Assembly (NCBI GenBank): GCA_050117845.1
Contig: JASFLY010000038.1
Span: 1-22,168 of the forward strand
Origin: Candidatus Zixiibacteriota bacterium
Lineage (GTDB): Bacteria > RBG-13-66-14 > B26-G2 > WVWN01
DNA length: 22,168 nucleotides
Direction of reading: 5' to 3'
Part shown: positions 7,094 through 15,107 of the stretch, one piece after another
How the letters are laid out: each line of letters starts with the position of its first letter
Numbering within the stretch: the first letter of the stretch is position 1
Notes under the pieces: model-generated
Seen by the model: the letters and a program-made list of their open reading frames with translations, nothing else
Told to the model about the DNA's origin: nothing
Database searches by the model: none
Program-made: the position numbers and the translations under genes

Positions 7094-8278
7094 ATGACCG
7101 AAATAGTTTACCTGGACAACGCCGCGACTTCGTTTCCCAAGCCGGATATAGTCCACGATACCGTACGAGATTTTTACCGCGCCAACGGCGTCAATCCCGG
7201 CCGCACCGGGTGCGACCTGGCCCTCAACGCCGAACACATGATACACGGGACCCGGAAGAAGTTCTCCGAGTTCTTCAATAAAAGCCTTTACGCGGCCGGC
7301 GGCGAGAAGGACCCCAACCGCCTGGTCTTCACCATGAACGCCACGATGAGCCTCAACCTTATCGTCGACGGCCTCGTGGGCCCCGGCGACCACGTCGTCA
7401 CCACCATGCTCGAGCACAACTCGGTCATCCGGCCGGTCAACCATAAGGTCCGCGACGGCGGGGCCGAGGCCACGTACGTCGTGCCGGACGACGAGGGGTA
7501 CCTCGACCCGGAGGAAATTCGCAAGGCGATAAAGAAAAACACTACCGCCGTAATAGTCAATCACGGCTCGAACGTAACCGGCGTCTTGCAGGACCTGGTG
7601 GCTATCGGCAAGGTCTGCCGCGAGGAGGGCGTGCCGTTCGCCGTGGATACGGCCCAGACCGCGGGCGTGCTCCCCATCGACATGCAGGAGTGCAACATAA
7701 GCTTCCTATCCTTCACGGGGCACAAGGGCATCTTCGGCCCCACCGGGACGGGCGGCATTTGCGTGGCCGAAGGCGCCGAGATACGGGGCACGATTTACGG
7801 CGGGACCGGCGTGCGCAGCGCCGTGCCGTATCACCTGGAGGAATATCCCTACCGCCTCGAGGCCGGGACGCAGAACCTGGCCGGCATCGCGGGCCTCTCC
7901 GCGGGCCTCGATTGGGTCCTGGAAAAGGGCCTGGATGAAATCTACTCCCACGAGATAGGCCTGCTCGAGTCGCTCCAGGCCGGCCTGGCCGAAATCAAGG
8001 GCGTAAAGATATGGGGGACGCGGAGCCTCGAGAACCGCGTCGCCACCCTCTCGGTGACCGTGGCCAACTACGACGCCGGCGACGTCGGCACCATCCTCGA
8101 CGTGGAGTACGGCATCCAGACGCGCACCGGCCTCCACTGCGCCCCGCTCATTCACGAACATCACGGCTCGACGCCCCGCGGCACCGTCCGCTTCTCCGCC
8201 GGGCCGTTCAACACCCCCGAACATATAGAGAAAGCGGTCCGGGCCGTGGCCGAAATCGCGGCCGACCGGCCGGCGTAA
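7094..8278 (+). CDS. PLP-dependent cysteine desulfurase (class V aminotransferase, group II/SufS-CsdA-like)
   Basis: YLDNAATS, EHNSV, NHGSNVTG, DTAQ, TGHKG (PLP Lys), EAGT, RTGLHCAP (catalytic Cys). Confidence 0.92.
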   Translation: MTEIVYLDNAATSFPKPDIVHDTVRDFYRANGVNPGRTGCDLALNAEHMIHGTRKKFSEFFNKSLYAAGGEKDPNRLVFTMNATMSLNLIVDGLVGPGDHVVTTMLEHNSVIRPVNHKVRDGGAEATYVVPDDEGYLDPEEIRKAIKKNTTAVIVNHGSNVTGVLQDLVAIGKVCREEGVPFAVDTAQTAGVLPIDMQECNISFLSFTGHKGIFGPTGTGGICVAEGAEIRGTIYGGTGVRSAVPYHLEEYPYRLEAGTQNLAGIAGLSAGLDWVLEKGLDEIYSHEIGLLESLQAGLAEIKGVKIWGTRSLENRVATLSVTVANYDAGDVGTILDVEYGIQTRTGLHCAPLIHEHHGSTPRGTVRFSAGPFNTPEHIEKAVRAVAEIAADRPA

Positions 8279-8317
8279 ACGTCTCGCCGGGACCGAATTT
8301 GAACCAGGAGATAAAGA

Positions 8318-8626
8318 ATGCAGGTTGGAGATAAATCGTTAGAGTTCGACAACGACGGCTTCATGGTGGAGCCGGACCTCTGGAACGACGAGGTCGCCGC
8401 GGCCATCGCCGCCGAAGAGGGCATCGACGAGATGTCCGAGGAACACTGGAAGATAGTGAACTTCATCCGCGAATACTGGAAGGAACACGACCTCGCGCCC
8501 GCCGTGCGCCTCATCTGCCAGGAGGCCGGGGTCAGCGTTCGCCAGATATACAAGCTGTTCACCGCCGGGCCGGCGCGGGGAGCCTGCCGCGTCGCCGGCT
8601 TGCCGAAACCCGACGGCTGCGTTTAG
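8318..8626 (+). CDS. dsrC: DsrC/TusE family sulfur relay protein, DsrC type (two C-terminal Cys)
   Basis: FDNDGF...WNDEVA...HWKIVNFIREY...GPARGACRVAGLPKPDGCV (CX10C). AGGAG RBS. Confidence 0.9.
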   Translation: MQVGDKSLEFDNDGFMVEPDLWNDEVAAAIAAEEGIDEMSEEHWKIVNFIREYWKEHDLAPAVRLICQEAGVSVRQIYKLFTAGPARGACRVAGLPKPDGCV

Positions 8627-8648
8627 CGCCGCCCGGGAGTACGGGCCT

Positions 8649-9278
8649 ATGCTAACCATCGCTCGGATTATCGCCGCGGCCGGTTTCCTCTGGGCCGCGG
8701 TCGCTTTAGCGGTCCAACTCGTCCTGGCCTGGGGCGGAGGCCGCCGCGACTACGGCGTCCGCGCCGGCAGTCCCGCCCGCGGCGTCGTCTACAACTTCAC
8801 CGCGGCCATGTCGCCCGCCCACAAGGAGACCGTCCGCCTCCACCCGGCTAAATTTATGGTGGGGGTCCTCATGCACGTCGGCACCCTTACGGCCCTGGCC
8901 AAGGTCCTGTACGTGCTGGCGCGGCCCGCCGCGCCGCCGGTATTTCCCGCGGCCGCCGGCGTCGTCTGGGGCGTCGCCCTCGCGGCCTCGCTCTATCTCT
9001 TCGGCCGGCGCGTCCTGGCCCCCAACCTCCGGAAAATGAGCTGCCTCGACGACTACCTGGCGGTGCTCGCCACCGCCGGCCTCATAATCGTCGCCGCGCT
9101 CCACGAGTTCGGCGTCGCGTCCTCGACGCTGCTTCTGTTCTACGGCGCCGCGCTCCTCTTCTACCTCCCGGTGGGCAAGCTCCGCCACGCGCTCTTCTTC
9201 TTCATCGCCCGCCTCGACTACGGCCGGCGCCTCGGCTACCGCGGGACCTATCCCGCCGGCCGCGGCGCACGGGGATAA
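8649..9278 (+). CDS. NarI/DsrM/TmcC-like membrane cytochrome b subunit
   Basis: About five hydrophobic segments, LMHVG, RRVLAPNLRKMSCLDDY, YLPVGKLRH. Confidence 0.75.
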   Translation: MLTIARIIAAAGFLWAAVALAVQLVLAWGGGRRDYGVRAGSPARGVVYNFTAAMSPAHKETVRLHPAKFMVGVLMHVGTLTALAKVLYVLARPAAPPVFPAAAGVVWGVALAASLYLFGRRVLAPNLRKMSCLDDYLAVLATAGLIIVAALHEFGVASSTLLLFYGAALLFYLPVGKLRHALFFFIARLDYGRRLGYRGTYPAGRGARG

Positions 9279-9284
9279 AAGACC

Positions 9285-10622
9285 ATGGTCAAAACCGACG
9301 ACAACGGCAGTCCCCCCTCCGCGCCGCCCCCGGTCGCGGACGACCGGGAAGCCGTCCGGGCCGCCCGGGCCGAACTCCGCCGGGCCGCCCGCGGCCTCGC
9401 CGCCTATCACATGCACTCCTGCGTGAAGTGCGGCCTCTGCGGCGAGACCTGCCACATATATAAAACCGACCCCGTCCCGGAGAACCTGCCGGGCGCCAAG
9501 GCCGGCCGGGTCATGAGCCACTTCCGCCGCTACCACACCCTCGTCGGCAAGGTGGCGCCGTTCCTCGTGGGCGCCCGCCCCCTGACGGCCGAGACCATGG
9601 AGGACCTCGTGGAAGTCGTTTACGGTCGCTGCACCGCCTGCGGCCGCTGCGGCATCAACTGCTCCGTTGGCACCGACGTCGGCTCCGTCATCCGCGTGGG
9701 CCGCAACCTCCTGGCCGCCGCCGGGAAGGTGCCGCCCAGCCTCCAGGCCGTAGTCGACAACCAGATTAACACCGGCAACCAGATGGCCGTCACGTCCGAC
9801 GAACTCCGCAGCACCGCCGACTGGCTCTCCGAGGACCTGGGCCTCGAGATGGGCGACGAGGCCGCCCGCATCCGCGTCGACGAGCACGGCAGCCGCGTCA
9901 TGTACCTCGTCAACCCCCGGGAAGTGAAGTTCTTCCCGCTCTCGCTCTCGGCCGCCGCCGGCGTCTTCCACGCCGCCGGCGAGAGTTGGACCACCTCCAG
10001 CAAGTTCTTCGACGTCACCAACTACGGCCTGTACTCCGGCGACGACCCGGCCGCCGCCCGCATCACCAGACAGGCCATCGAGGAGGCCGAGCGGCTGGGC
10101 GTCGAGGAGATAATCCTCTCGGAGTGCGGCCACGGCTTCCGCTCCTTCCGCTGGGAGGGGCCGAACTGGATGGGCAAGCAGTACGTCCGGCCCATGCGCA
10201 GCATCCTCCAGCTCATGCTGGAGTACCTGGACGCCGGCCGCATCGTGGTGGACCCGGCCAAGAACCCGGACCGCGTTACGCTGCACGACCCGTGCAACCT
10301 CGTGCGCTGGGGCGGCATCGTCGAACCCCAGCGGGAGATCCTCCGCCGGGCCGTCAGCGACTTCGTCGAGATGACGCCCAACCGCGAGCAGAACTTCTGC
10401 TGCGGCGGCGGCGGCGGGATGCTCTCCATGACCGAGTACGGCGACCGTCGCGTCGAGTCCGGCCGCATCAAGGCCGAGCAGATCCGGGCCACGGGGGCCA
10501 AAATAGTCGCGGCCCCCTGCCACAACTGCGCCGACCAGTTGTTGGAGTTGAATAAGAAATATAAGCTGGGAGTGGAAATAAAGGCCGTCGTGGAGCTGGT
10601 CTACGAGGCCCTGGTGCTGTAG
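9285..10622 (+). CDS. DsrK/TmcB/HdrD-like Fe-S oxidoreductase (CCG domain)
   Basis: CVKCGLCGETC and CTACGRCGINC (4Fe-4S), plus SECGHG, HDPCN, NFCCGGGGG, APCHNC. Confidence 0.88.
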   Translation: MVKTDDNGSPPSAPPPVADDREAVRAARAELRRAARGLAAYHMHSCVKCGLCGETCHIYKTDPVPENLPGAKAGRVMSHFRRYHTLVGKVAPFLVGARPLTAETMEDLVEVVYGRCTACGRCGINCSVGTDVGSVIRVGRNLLAAAGKVPPSLQAVVDNQINTGNQMAVTSDELRSTADWLSEDLGLEMGDEAARIRVDEHGSRVMYLVNPREVKFFPLSLSAAAGVFHAAGESWTTSSKFFDVTNYGLYSGDDPAAARITRQAIEEAERLGVEEIILSECGHGFRSFRWEGPNWMGKQYVRPMRSILQLMLEYLDAGRIVVDPAKNPDRVTLHDPCNLVRWGGIVEPQREILRRAVSDFVEMTPNREQNFCCGGGGGMLSMTEYGDRRVESGRIKAEQIRATGAKIVAAPCHNCADQLLELNKKYKLGVEIKAVVELVYEALVL

Positions 10623-10647
10623 AACTAAAATTATATGTGTATATTAG

Positions 10648-10670
10648 AAAGCGGCCTCGGGGCCGCTTTT
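10648..10670 (+). terminator. Intrinsic terminator of the sulfur operon
   Basis: AAA-GCGGCC-TCGG-GGCCGC-TTTTT. Confidence 0.85.
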
Positions 10671-10672
10671 CA

Positions 10673-10701
10673 TTGCCATCGGGAACTCGACGGGTTATAA
10701 T
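10673..10701 (+). promoter_or_regulatory. Putative sigma70 promoter
   Basis: TTGCCA-N17-TATAAT. Confidence 0.7.
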
Positions 10702-10717
10702 ATTAGCGGGTAATAAA

Positions 10718-10918
10718 ATGGGACCAAAAAGTAAAAACGTTATCGAGATTCCGGTGGACGTCTGGGCAAGCGCCGCTTCTCTGGAGGATATAGAAAACTG
10801 GCTCATTGCTAACGACCCGGAATCTATAGCCGCCTTGACCGAAGCCCGCGAACAACACCTCCGCGGAGACTTGGTAAGCCTGGAAGAAATTAAAACTCGG
10901 TGCGGGATACAGCATTAG
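10718..10918 (+). CDS. Small antitoxin-like protein (66 aa), no adjacent toxin
   Basis: ATG 10718 follows the promoter. SLEDIENWLIANDPE...EAREQHLRGDLVSLEEIK resembles type II antitoxin C-termini. Confidence 0.55.
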   Translation: MGPKSKNVIEIPVDVWASAASLEDIENWLIANDPESIAALTEAREQHLRGDLVSLEEIKTRCGIQH

Positions 10919-10941
10919 CAAATAAAATACTACTTTAAATC

Positions 10942-10973
10942 AAAATGGCGGCCTCGGGGCCGCCGTTTTCTTT
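10942..10973. terminator. Intrinsic (bidirectional) terminator
   Basis: AAAAT-GGCGGCC-TCGG-GGCCGCC-GTTTTCTTT. Confidence 0.8.
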
Positions 10974-10979
10974 CCAAAA

Positions 10980-11057
10980 GTAGGGCCGTACCTTCAGGTG
11001 CGGCCACGATATTCTTCATCGATATGAAACGGCGCGGCCTGGACCGCCACGCGCTAC
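10980..11057. repeat. REP doublet (REPIN-like), second REP class
   Basis: GTAG-GGCCGTACC-TTCA-GGTGCGGCC, a spacer, then degenerate inverted GGCGCGGCCTGGACCGCCACGCG-CTAC. Confidence 0.5.
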
Positions 11058-11097
11058 CCAGCGACGTAATCGTCACGCGCCGGGCGAAGCGCCCCCG

Positions 11098-12210
11098 TTA
11101 CAGTTCCTTCTCGTAAATCCGGTACCTTTTGTAGGGCCACCCGCCCATCATCTTCGCGGCCGCCTGCGTGAGGTCGTTCTCCTCCAGGATCCAGGACATC
11201 TCGCATTCGGTATAGCCGAGGTCCAGCGCGTCGCGCAGGTGCTTCCCGATGAGCACGGCGTCGATGCCCCGTTTGCGGTACTCCGGGCATATCCCGAAGA
11301 GCATCAGCCGCATCCCCCGGATCTTCCGCTTGCCCGTCAGGAACTTGAAGAGGCTCACCGGCCCCAGCCGGCCGCCCATCTTGATAAGGACCTCGTTGTA
11401 GTTCGGCACCGTCATGATGAAGCCCGCCGGGTCGCCGTCCATGAAGGCTATAGGGACCAGCTCCGGGACCACCAGCGACTTCAGGCTCACGGCGATGTGC
11501 TCGAACTCCTCGTAGGTCGGCGGCACGAAGCCCCAGTTGTCGTCCCACGCCCGGGCGTATATCTGCCGGATAAGCTGGACCTCGCTGGCGAAGTCGCGCA
11601 GGTCGGCGTGCCGGACCGTGATGCCGGGGTTGCGCTCCCGGGCCCGGGCGGCCACCCGCTCCAGCCGCTTCTGGCTGTCGCGGTTAATTTGCGTCAGGTA
11701 GGCGAAGAGGTCCCGCGCCGGCCGGAAGCCGTACGCGTCCGCGAGGCGGATGTAGTACGGCGGGGTGTGCGACATCATGAGGTAAGGCGGCCGGTCGTGC
11801 CCTTCCGCCAGGAACGCGCACTCGTCGTTGGTGGACGGGTTCATGGGGCCGATGACCTTCGTAAGGCCCCGGTCCCGAAGCCAGGCCGTCGCCGCGTCCC
11901 AGAGCGCCCCGGCGACCTCCTCGTCGTCGACGCATTCGAAGAAGCCGAAGTATCCCACGGCCTCGCCGGCGAACTTGACGTATTCTTCGTCCTTGATGGC
12001 CGCCACGCGGCCCACCACGCGCCCTTCCCGCCGCGCCAAAAAAAGAGCCCGTTCCGCGTGGTGCCAGAACGGGTTTTTGTCGCTGAACAGGGCCTTGACG
12101 TCGCGGCGGAGCGGCGGCACCCATAACGGGTCGTCCCGGTAGAGTTCGTAGGGGAATTCCAGAAAGGCCGTGAAGTCGCGCCCGGGGCTCAGTTCTGCGA
12201 CTTCTATCAC
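11098..12210 (-). CDS. GNAT-fold N-acyltransferase, bacterial ceramide synthase (bCerS)/YghO-like
   Basis: GTG 12210 overlaps the spt stop (GTGA). FPYELYRDDPLWVPPL, GRVAAI, GYFGFFEC, GPMNPSTNDEC, AWDDNWGFVP, EMSWILEEN, YKRYRIYEK. Confidence 0.8.
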   Translation of the reverse strand: MIEVAELSPGRDFTAFLEFPYELYRDDPLWVPPLRRDVKALFSDKNPFWHHAERALFLARREGRVVGRVAAIKDEEYVKFAGEAVGYFGFFECVDDEEVAGALWDAATAWLRDRGLTKVIGPMNPSTNDECAFLAEGHDRPPYLMMSHTPPYYIRLADAYGFRPARDLFAYLTQINRDSQKRLERVAARARERNPGITVRHADLRDFASEVQLIRQIYARAWDDNWGFVPPTYEEFEHIAVSLKSLVVPELVPIAFMDGDPAGFIMTVPNYNEVLIKMGGRLGPVSLFKFLTGKRKIRGMRLMLFGICPEYRKRGIDAVLIGKHLRDALDLGYTECEMSWILEENDLTQAAAKMMGGWPYKRYRIYEKEL

Positions 12211-13430
12211 GCGTGGCCTCCCAGAAGGCCCATCTCCTTGCCGGCCGCCGCGAAGGCGTCCAGGACCCGCTGGACGTGGTCGTCGCTCAACGTCGCCATG
12301 CAGCTCACGCGGATGAGCGCCCGGTTCTCCGGGACGGCGGGCGTCATCACCGGCGTGGTGAATATCCCCCGGTCGTAGAGGTTGCGCCACAGCGCCCGGG
12401 CCGTGAGGTCGTCGCCGACGATGACGGGTATGATGGGCGTCGTGCTCTCGCCGGTGTCGTAGCCGAGGGCCCGCAGGCCGTCCCGCATTTTCTCGCTGAC
12501 CTCGGCCAGCCGCTCGCGCCGCTCCGGTTCGGATTCTATGATGTCGAGCGCCGCGATGACCGAGGCCACGTTGGCGGGCGGGAGGCTCGCCGAGAAGATC
12601 ATCGAACGGGCGAAGTGCTTGAGGTAGTGGCACACCTCCTCGGAGGCCGCGGCGAAACCGCCGACGCAGGCGAACGACTTGCTGAAGGTCCCGACGATGA
12701 TGTCCACCTCGTCCTCGAGGTCGAAGTAGTCCGCGACGCCGGCGCCCCGCGGCCCCAGGGCCCCGATGCCGTGGGCGTCGTCCACGAGGACACGGGCGCC
12801 GTGTTCGCGCGCCAGCCGGACGATGGACGGCAGGTCGCAGATGTCGCCCTCCATGCTGAAGACGCCGTCCACGACGATGAGCGCGCCGCCCTCGTCGGTG
12901 GTGTGGGACTTGAGGACGCGCTCGAGGTCGTGCATGTCGTTGTGGCGGAAGCGCTTCATCCGGCCGTAGCTCAGGCGGCAGCCGTCGATGATGGAGCCGT
13001 GGTCGTACTTGTCGGTTATGACCACGTCGCGCTTGCCGACAAGCGCCGAAATGGCGCCCAAGTTCGTCTGCATGCCGGTGGAGAAGACGAGCGCCGCTTC
13101 CTTCCGGCAAAACTTCGCCAGCCGTTCCTCGAGCTCGATATGGAGCGAAAGCGTGCCGTTGAGGAAACGCGACCCGACGCAGCCGACGCCGAACTCCTTC
13201 GTCGCCTCGATGGCCGCCTCTTTCAGTTTGGGGTGGGAGGTCAGGCCCAGGTAATTATTGGACCCCACCATTATCATCTTCTTGCCCTCGCAAATGACCT
13301 CGGGGTCCTGGCCGGACTCTATGACGTGGAAATAGGGGTAAACGCCGGCGGCGATGGCGGCGCGGGCCGCCGTGTATTTTTCACATTTATCGAACAGGTC
13401 GGGCCTTTTAAAGAAGCTTTCCGTCGGCAT
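12207..13430 (-). CDS. spt: Serine palmitoyltransferase-like alpha-oxoamine synthase
   Basis: GVYPYF, GSNNYLGL, GSRFLNGT, DHGSIIDG, DGVFSMEGD, DDAHG, GTFSKS (PLP Lys). Gene context fits. Confidence 0.8.
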   Translation of the reverse strand: MPTESFFKRPDLFDKCEKYTAARAAIAAGVYPYFHVIESGQDPEVICEGKKMIMVGSNNYLGLTSHPKLKEAAIEATKEFGVGCVGSRFLNGTLSLHIELEERLAKFCRKEAALVFSTGMQTNLGAISALVGKRDVVITDKYDHGSIIDGCRLSYGRMKRFRHNDMHDLERVLKSHTTDEGGALIVVDGVFSMEGDICDLPSIVRLAREHGARVLVDDAHGIGALGPRGAGVADYFDLEDEVDIIVGTFSKSFACVGGFAAASEEVCHYLKHFARSMIFSASLPPANVASVIAALDIIESEPERRERLAEVSEKMRDGLRALGYDTGESTTPIIPVIVGDDLTARALWRNLYDRGIFTTPVMTPAVPENRALIRVSCMATLSDDHVQRVLDAFAAAGKEMGLLGGHA

Positions 13431-13433
13431 GGC

Positions 13434-14420
13434 TCATAACCATCCTTGTTCGCGGTACCATGTCGCAACCAGTTTCGCGCCCTCGGCGAATCCGACCCGA
13501 GGGGTGAAACCGAGTTCTCGTTTGGCTTTGCCCACGTCGCACAGCCAGGACCGCTGCCACATCTCCCGGGCCTTGGCCCGGTTGAGCGTGGCGACCCTGC
13601 CGGTCAGCGTCGCGCCCAGTTCGGCCAGCGTGGCCGCGCCGAACAGAACCGCCTTCGGAACCCGCACCCGGCGCGTCTTCACGCCGAACGCGGCGGCGGC
13701 CTCTTTCGCGATGCCCGACCAGTCCCAGGCTTCGTCGTGAGCTATAAAATACGTCCGGCCTCGAAGGTCGTTCCCGCCCTCGCCGGCCAGGAGCATAGCA
13801 TCAATTAAATCGTCCACGTAACAAAGGCTAACGTAGCGACCTTCCCACCCCAACGCCGGTTCGATCCCCCGTTTTATAAACTTGAAAAAGAGGAACATCT
13901 CCGTATCGCGGGGGCCGTAAATGGCGCAGGGCCGCAGGACAACGTACGGCAACGCGTCGCGCCGTTCACGCAGGGCGTCCTCCCCCAAAAGCTTGCTCCG
14001 GCCGTAGTCGCTCACGGGCGCGCAACCGTCGTCCTCGCAACGGGGTCCCGCGTCCCCGGCCGGGCCGGCCGCCGCCTGGCTGGATACGTAAACGAGAAGG
14101 GGCGGCGTCTCGCGGCCGAGACACGCGTCCGCCAGCCGGGCGGTCCCCCCGGCGTTGACGTCGTACAGGTCCTCGGGCCGGCGGGCCTTGGTGGCCCCGG
14201 CGCAGTGGTAAACCACGTCGACGTCCGCCACGGCCCGCGTCAGGCAATCGGCGTCGTCGAGCGCCCCCGGGATATCCTCGTACGCCAGGCCGTCCAACCA
14301 CCGGCGATTGCTCGAAGGGCGCAATAGACAACGGACCTCATCCCCGCGCGCGGGCAAGGCCGCGGCGAGGTGACTGCCGATGAAACCATTCGCTCCCGTT
14401 ATTAACGCTTTCGCTGCCAC
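13434..14420 (-). CDS. NAD-dependent epimerase/dehydratase (extended SDR), probable ceramide reductase CerR-like
   Basis: TGANGFIG, HCAG, VSSQAAAGP, YGRSK, YGPRD. GTG 14420 chosen because the promoter overlaps the longer ORF start. Confidence 0.8.
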   Translation of the reverse strand: MAAKALITGANGFIGSHLAAALPARGDEVRCLLRPSSNRRWLDGLAYEDIPGALDDADCLTRAVADVDVVYHCAGATKARRPEDLYDVNAGGTARLADACLGRETPPLLVYVSSQAAAGPAGDAGPRCEDDGCAPVSDYGRSKLLGEDALRERRDALPYVVLRPCAIYGPRDTEMFLFFKFIKRGIEPALGWEGRYVSLCYVDDLIDAMLLAGEGGNDLRGRTYFIAHDEAWDWSGIAKEAAAAFGVKTRRVRVPKAVLFGAATLAELGATLTGRVATLNRAKAREMWQRSWLCDVGKAKRELGFTPRVGFAEGAKLVATWYREQGWL

Positions 14421-14439
14421 GATACAAAAACGATTTGAA

Positions 14440-14468
14440 ATTCTACCAGAAATCGGCCCCAAAGACAA
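14440..14468 (-). promoter_or_regulatory. Putative sigma70 promoter of the sphingolipid operon
   Basis: TTGTCT-N17-TAGAAT on the minus strand. Confidence 0.6.
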
Positions 14469-14531
14469 GCGCCACGCCGGCCGAACGGTTTTTTGTTGCG
14501 GCCCTCGCGAGCGTTAAGTTATGATTATTTT

Positions 14532-15107
14532 ATGCTTACGTATACGGGTTATAAGGTCCCCTGTCAGCGCTCCCTTGGCGTCGCCGCGACGTGGGGAGCG
14601 GTTGTTTTATTAACGCTCGCCGCCGGATGTTCCCGGCCTTCCAAGTCGTCGACGGTAAAACCCGCGTCCGCCTATCGCGTCGACATGTTCACGATAACGG
14701 CGGATATCAACGGCTATCTGGCGGCCAACACGCCCGACGACACCACCCACGAGGAACTCCAGGCCACGGTGGGCGAGATGGCGCACGACTACACGAAACT
14801 CGCGGCCGAGGCCGGCCCCTTCCAGGGCAAGACCGGCGACGACGAATACGGCGACATTGCCGCGCTCGCCGAGGACGGCGTTATAGTCACCGGCAACCTG
14901 GCCTCCGCCCTCGCGGCCGACCCGGCCAAACACGCCGACGCGCCGGCCCGACTCGCCGCCGCCGTCGAGGACTGGGCCGCGTTCAACGACGAACTCGAGC
15001 GATGGGCGACCGAGGAAACCCCCTACGAAGCGAACCGTTGGTGGGAAGCCCCGGCCTGGCGGCGGGCCGCCGGCGCCGCGGACGAAGGAACGACGAATGA
15101 CGAGTAA
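14532..15107 (+). CDS. Putative lipoprotein, helical, unknown function (start uncertain)
   Basis: Lipobox LAAGC after a hydrophobic stretch. Overlaps the next gene. Confidence 0.65.
   Translation: MLTYTGYKVPCQRSLGVAATWGAVVLLTLAAGCSRPSKSSTVKPASAYRVDMFTITADINGYLAANTPDDTTHEELQATVGEMAHDYTKLAAEAGPFQGKTGDDEYGDIAALAEDGVIVTGNLASALAADPAKHADAPARLAAAVEDWAAFNDELERWATEETPYEANRWWEAPAWRRAAGAADEGTTNDE

Noticed and set aside
8706..10523. 605-aa minus-strand ORF
   Set aside because: Antisense shadow of the DsrM/K-like genes, with no motifs.
7094..10622. Selenocysteine recoding, or canonical tRNA-thiolation TusE / full sulfate-reduction locus
   Set aside because: No in-frame TGA in these genes. DsrC has two Cys, and there are no tusBCD, mnmA or dsrAB genes in the window.
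10900..10945. Remnant toxin gene after the antitoxin-like ORF
   Set aside because: Only very short frames before the terminator, with no recognisable RelE/ParE sequence.
12211..13110. N-terminal 300-aa extension of the 670-aa ORF (possible Spt-CerS frameshift fusion)
   Set aside because: R/P/G-rich off-frame read of spt. The real start is GTG 12210 in a standard GTGA overlap.
12213..13439. 408-aa plus-strand ORF
   Set aside because: Antisense shadow of spt.
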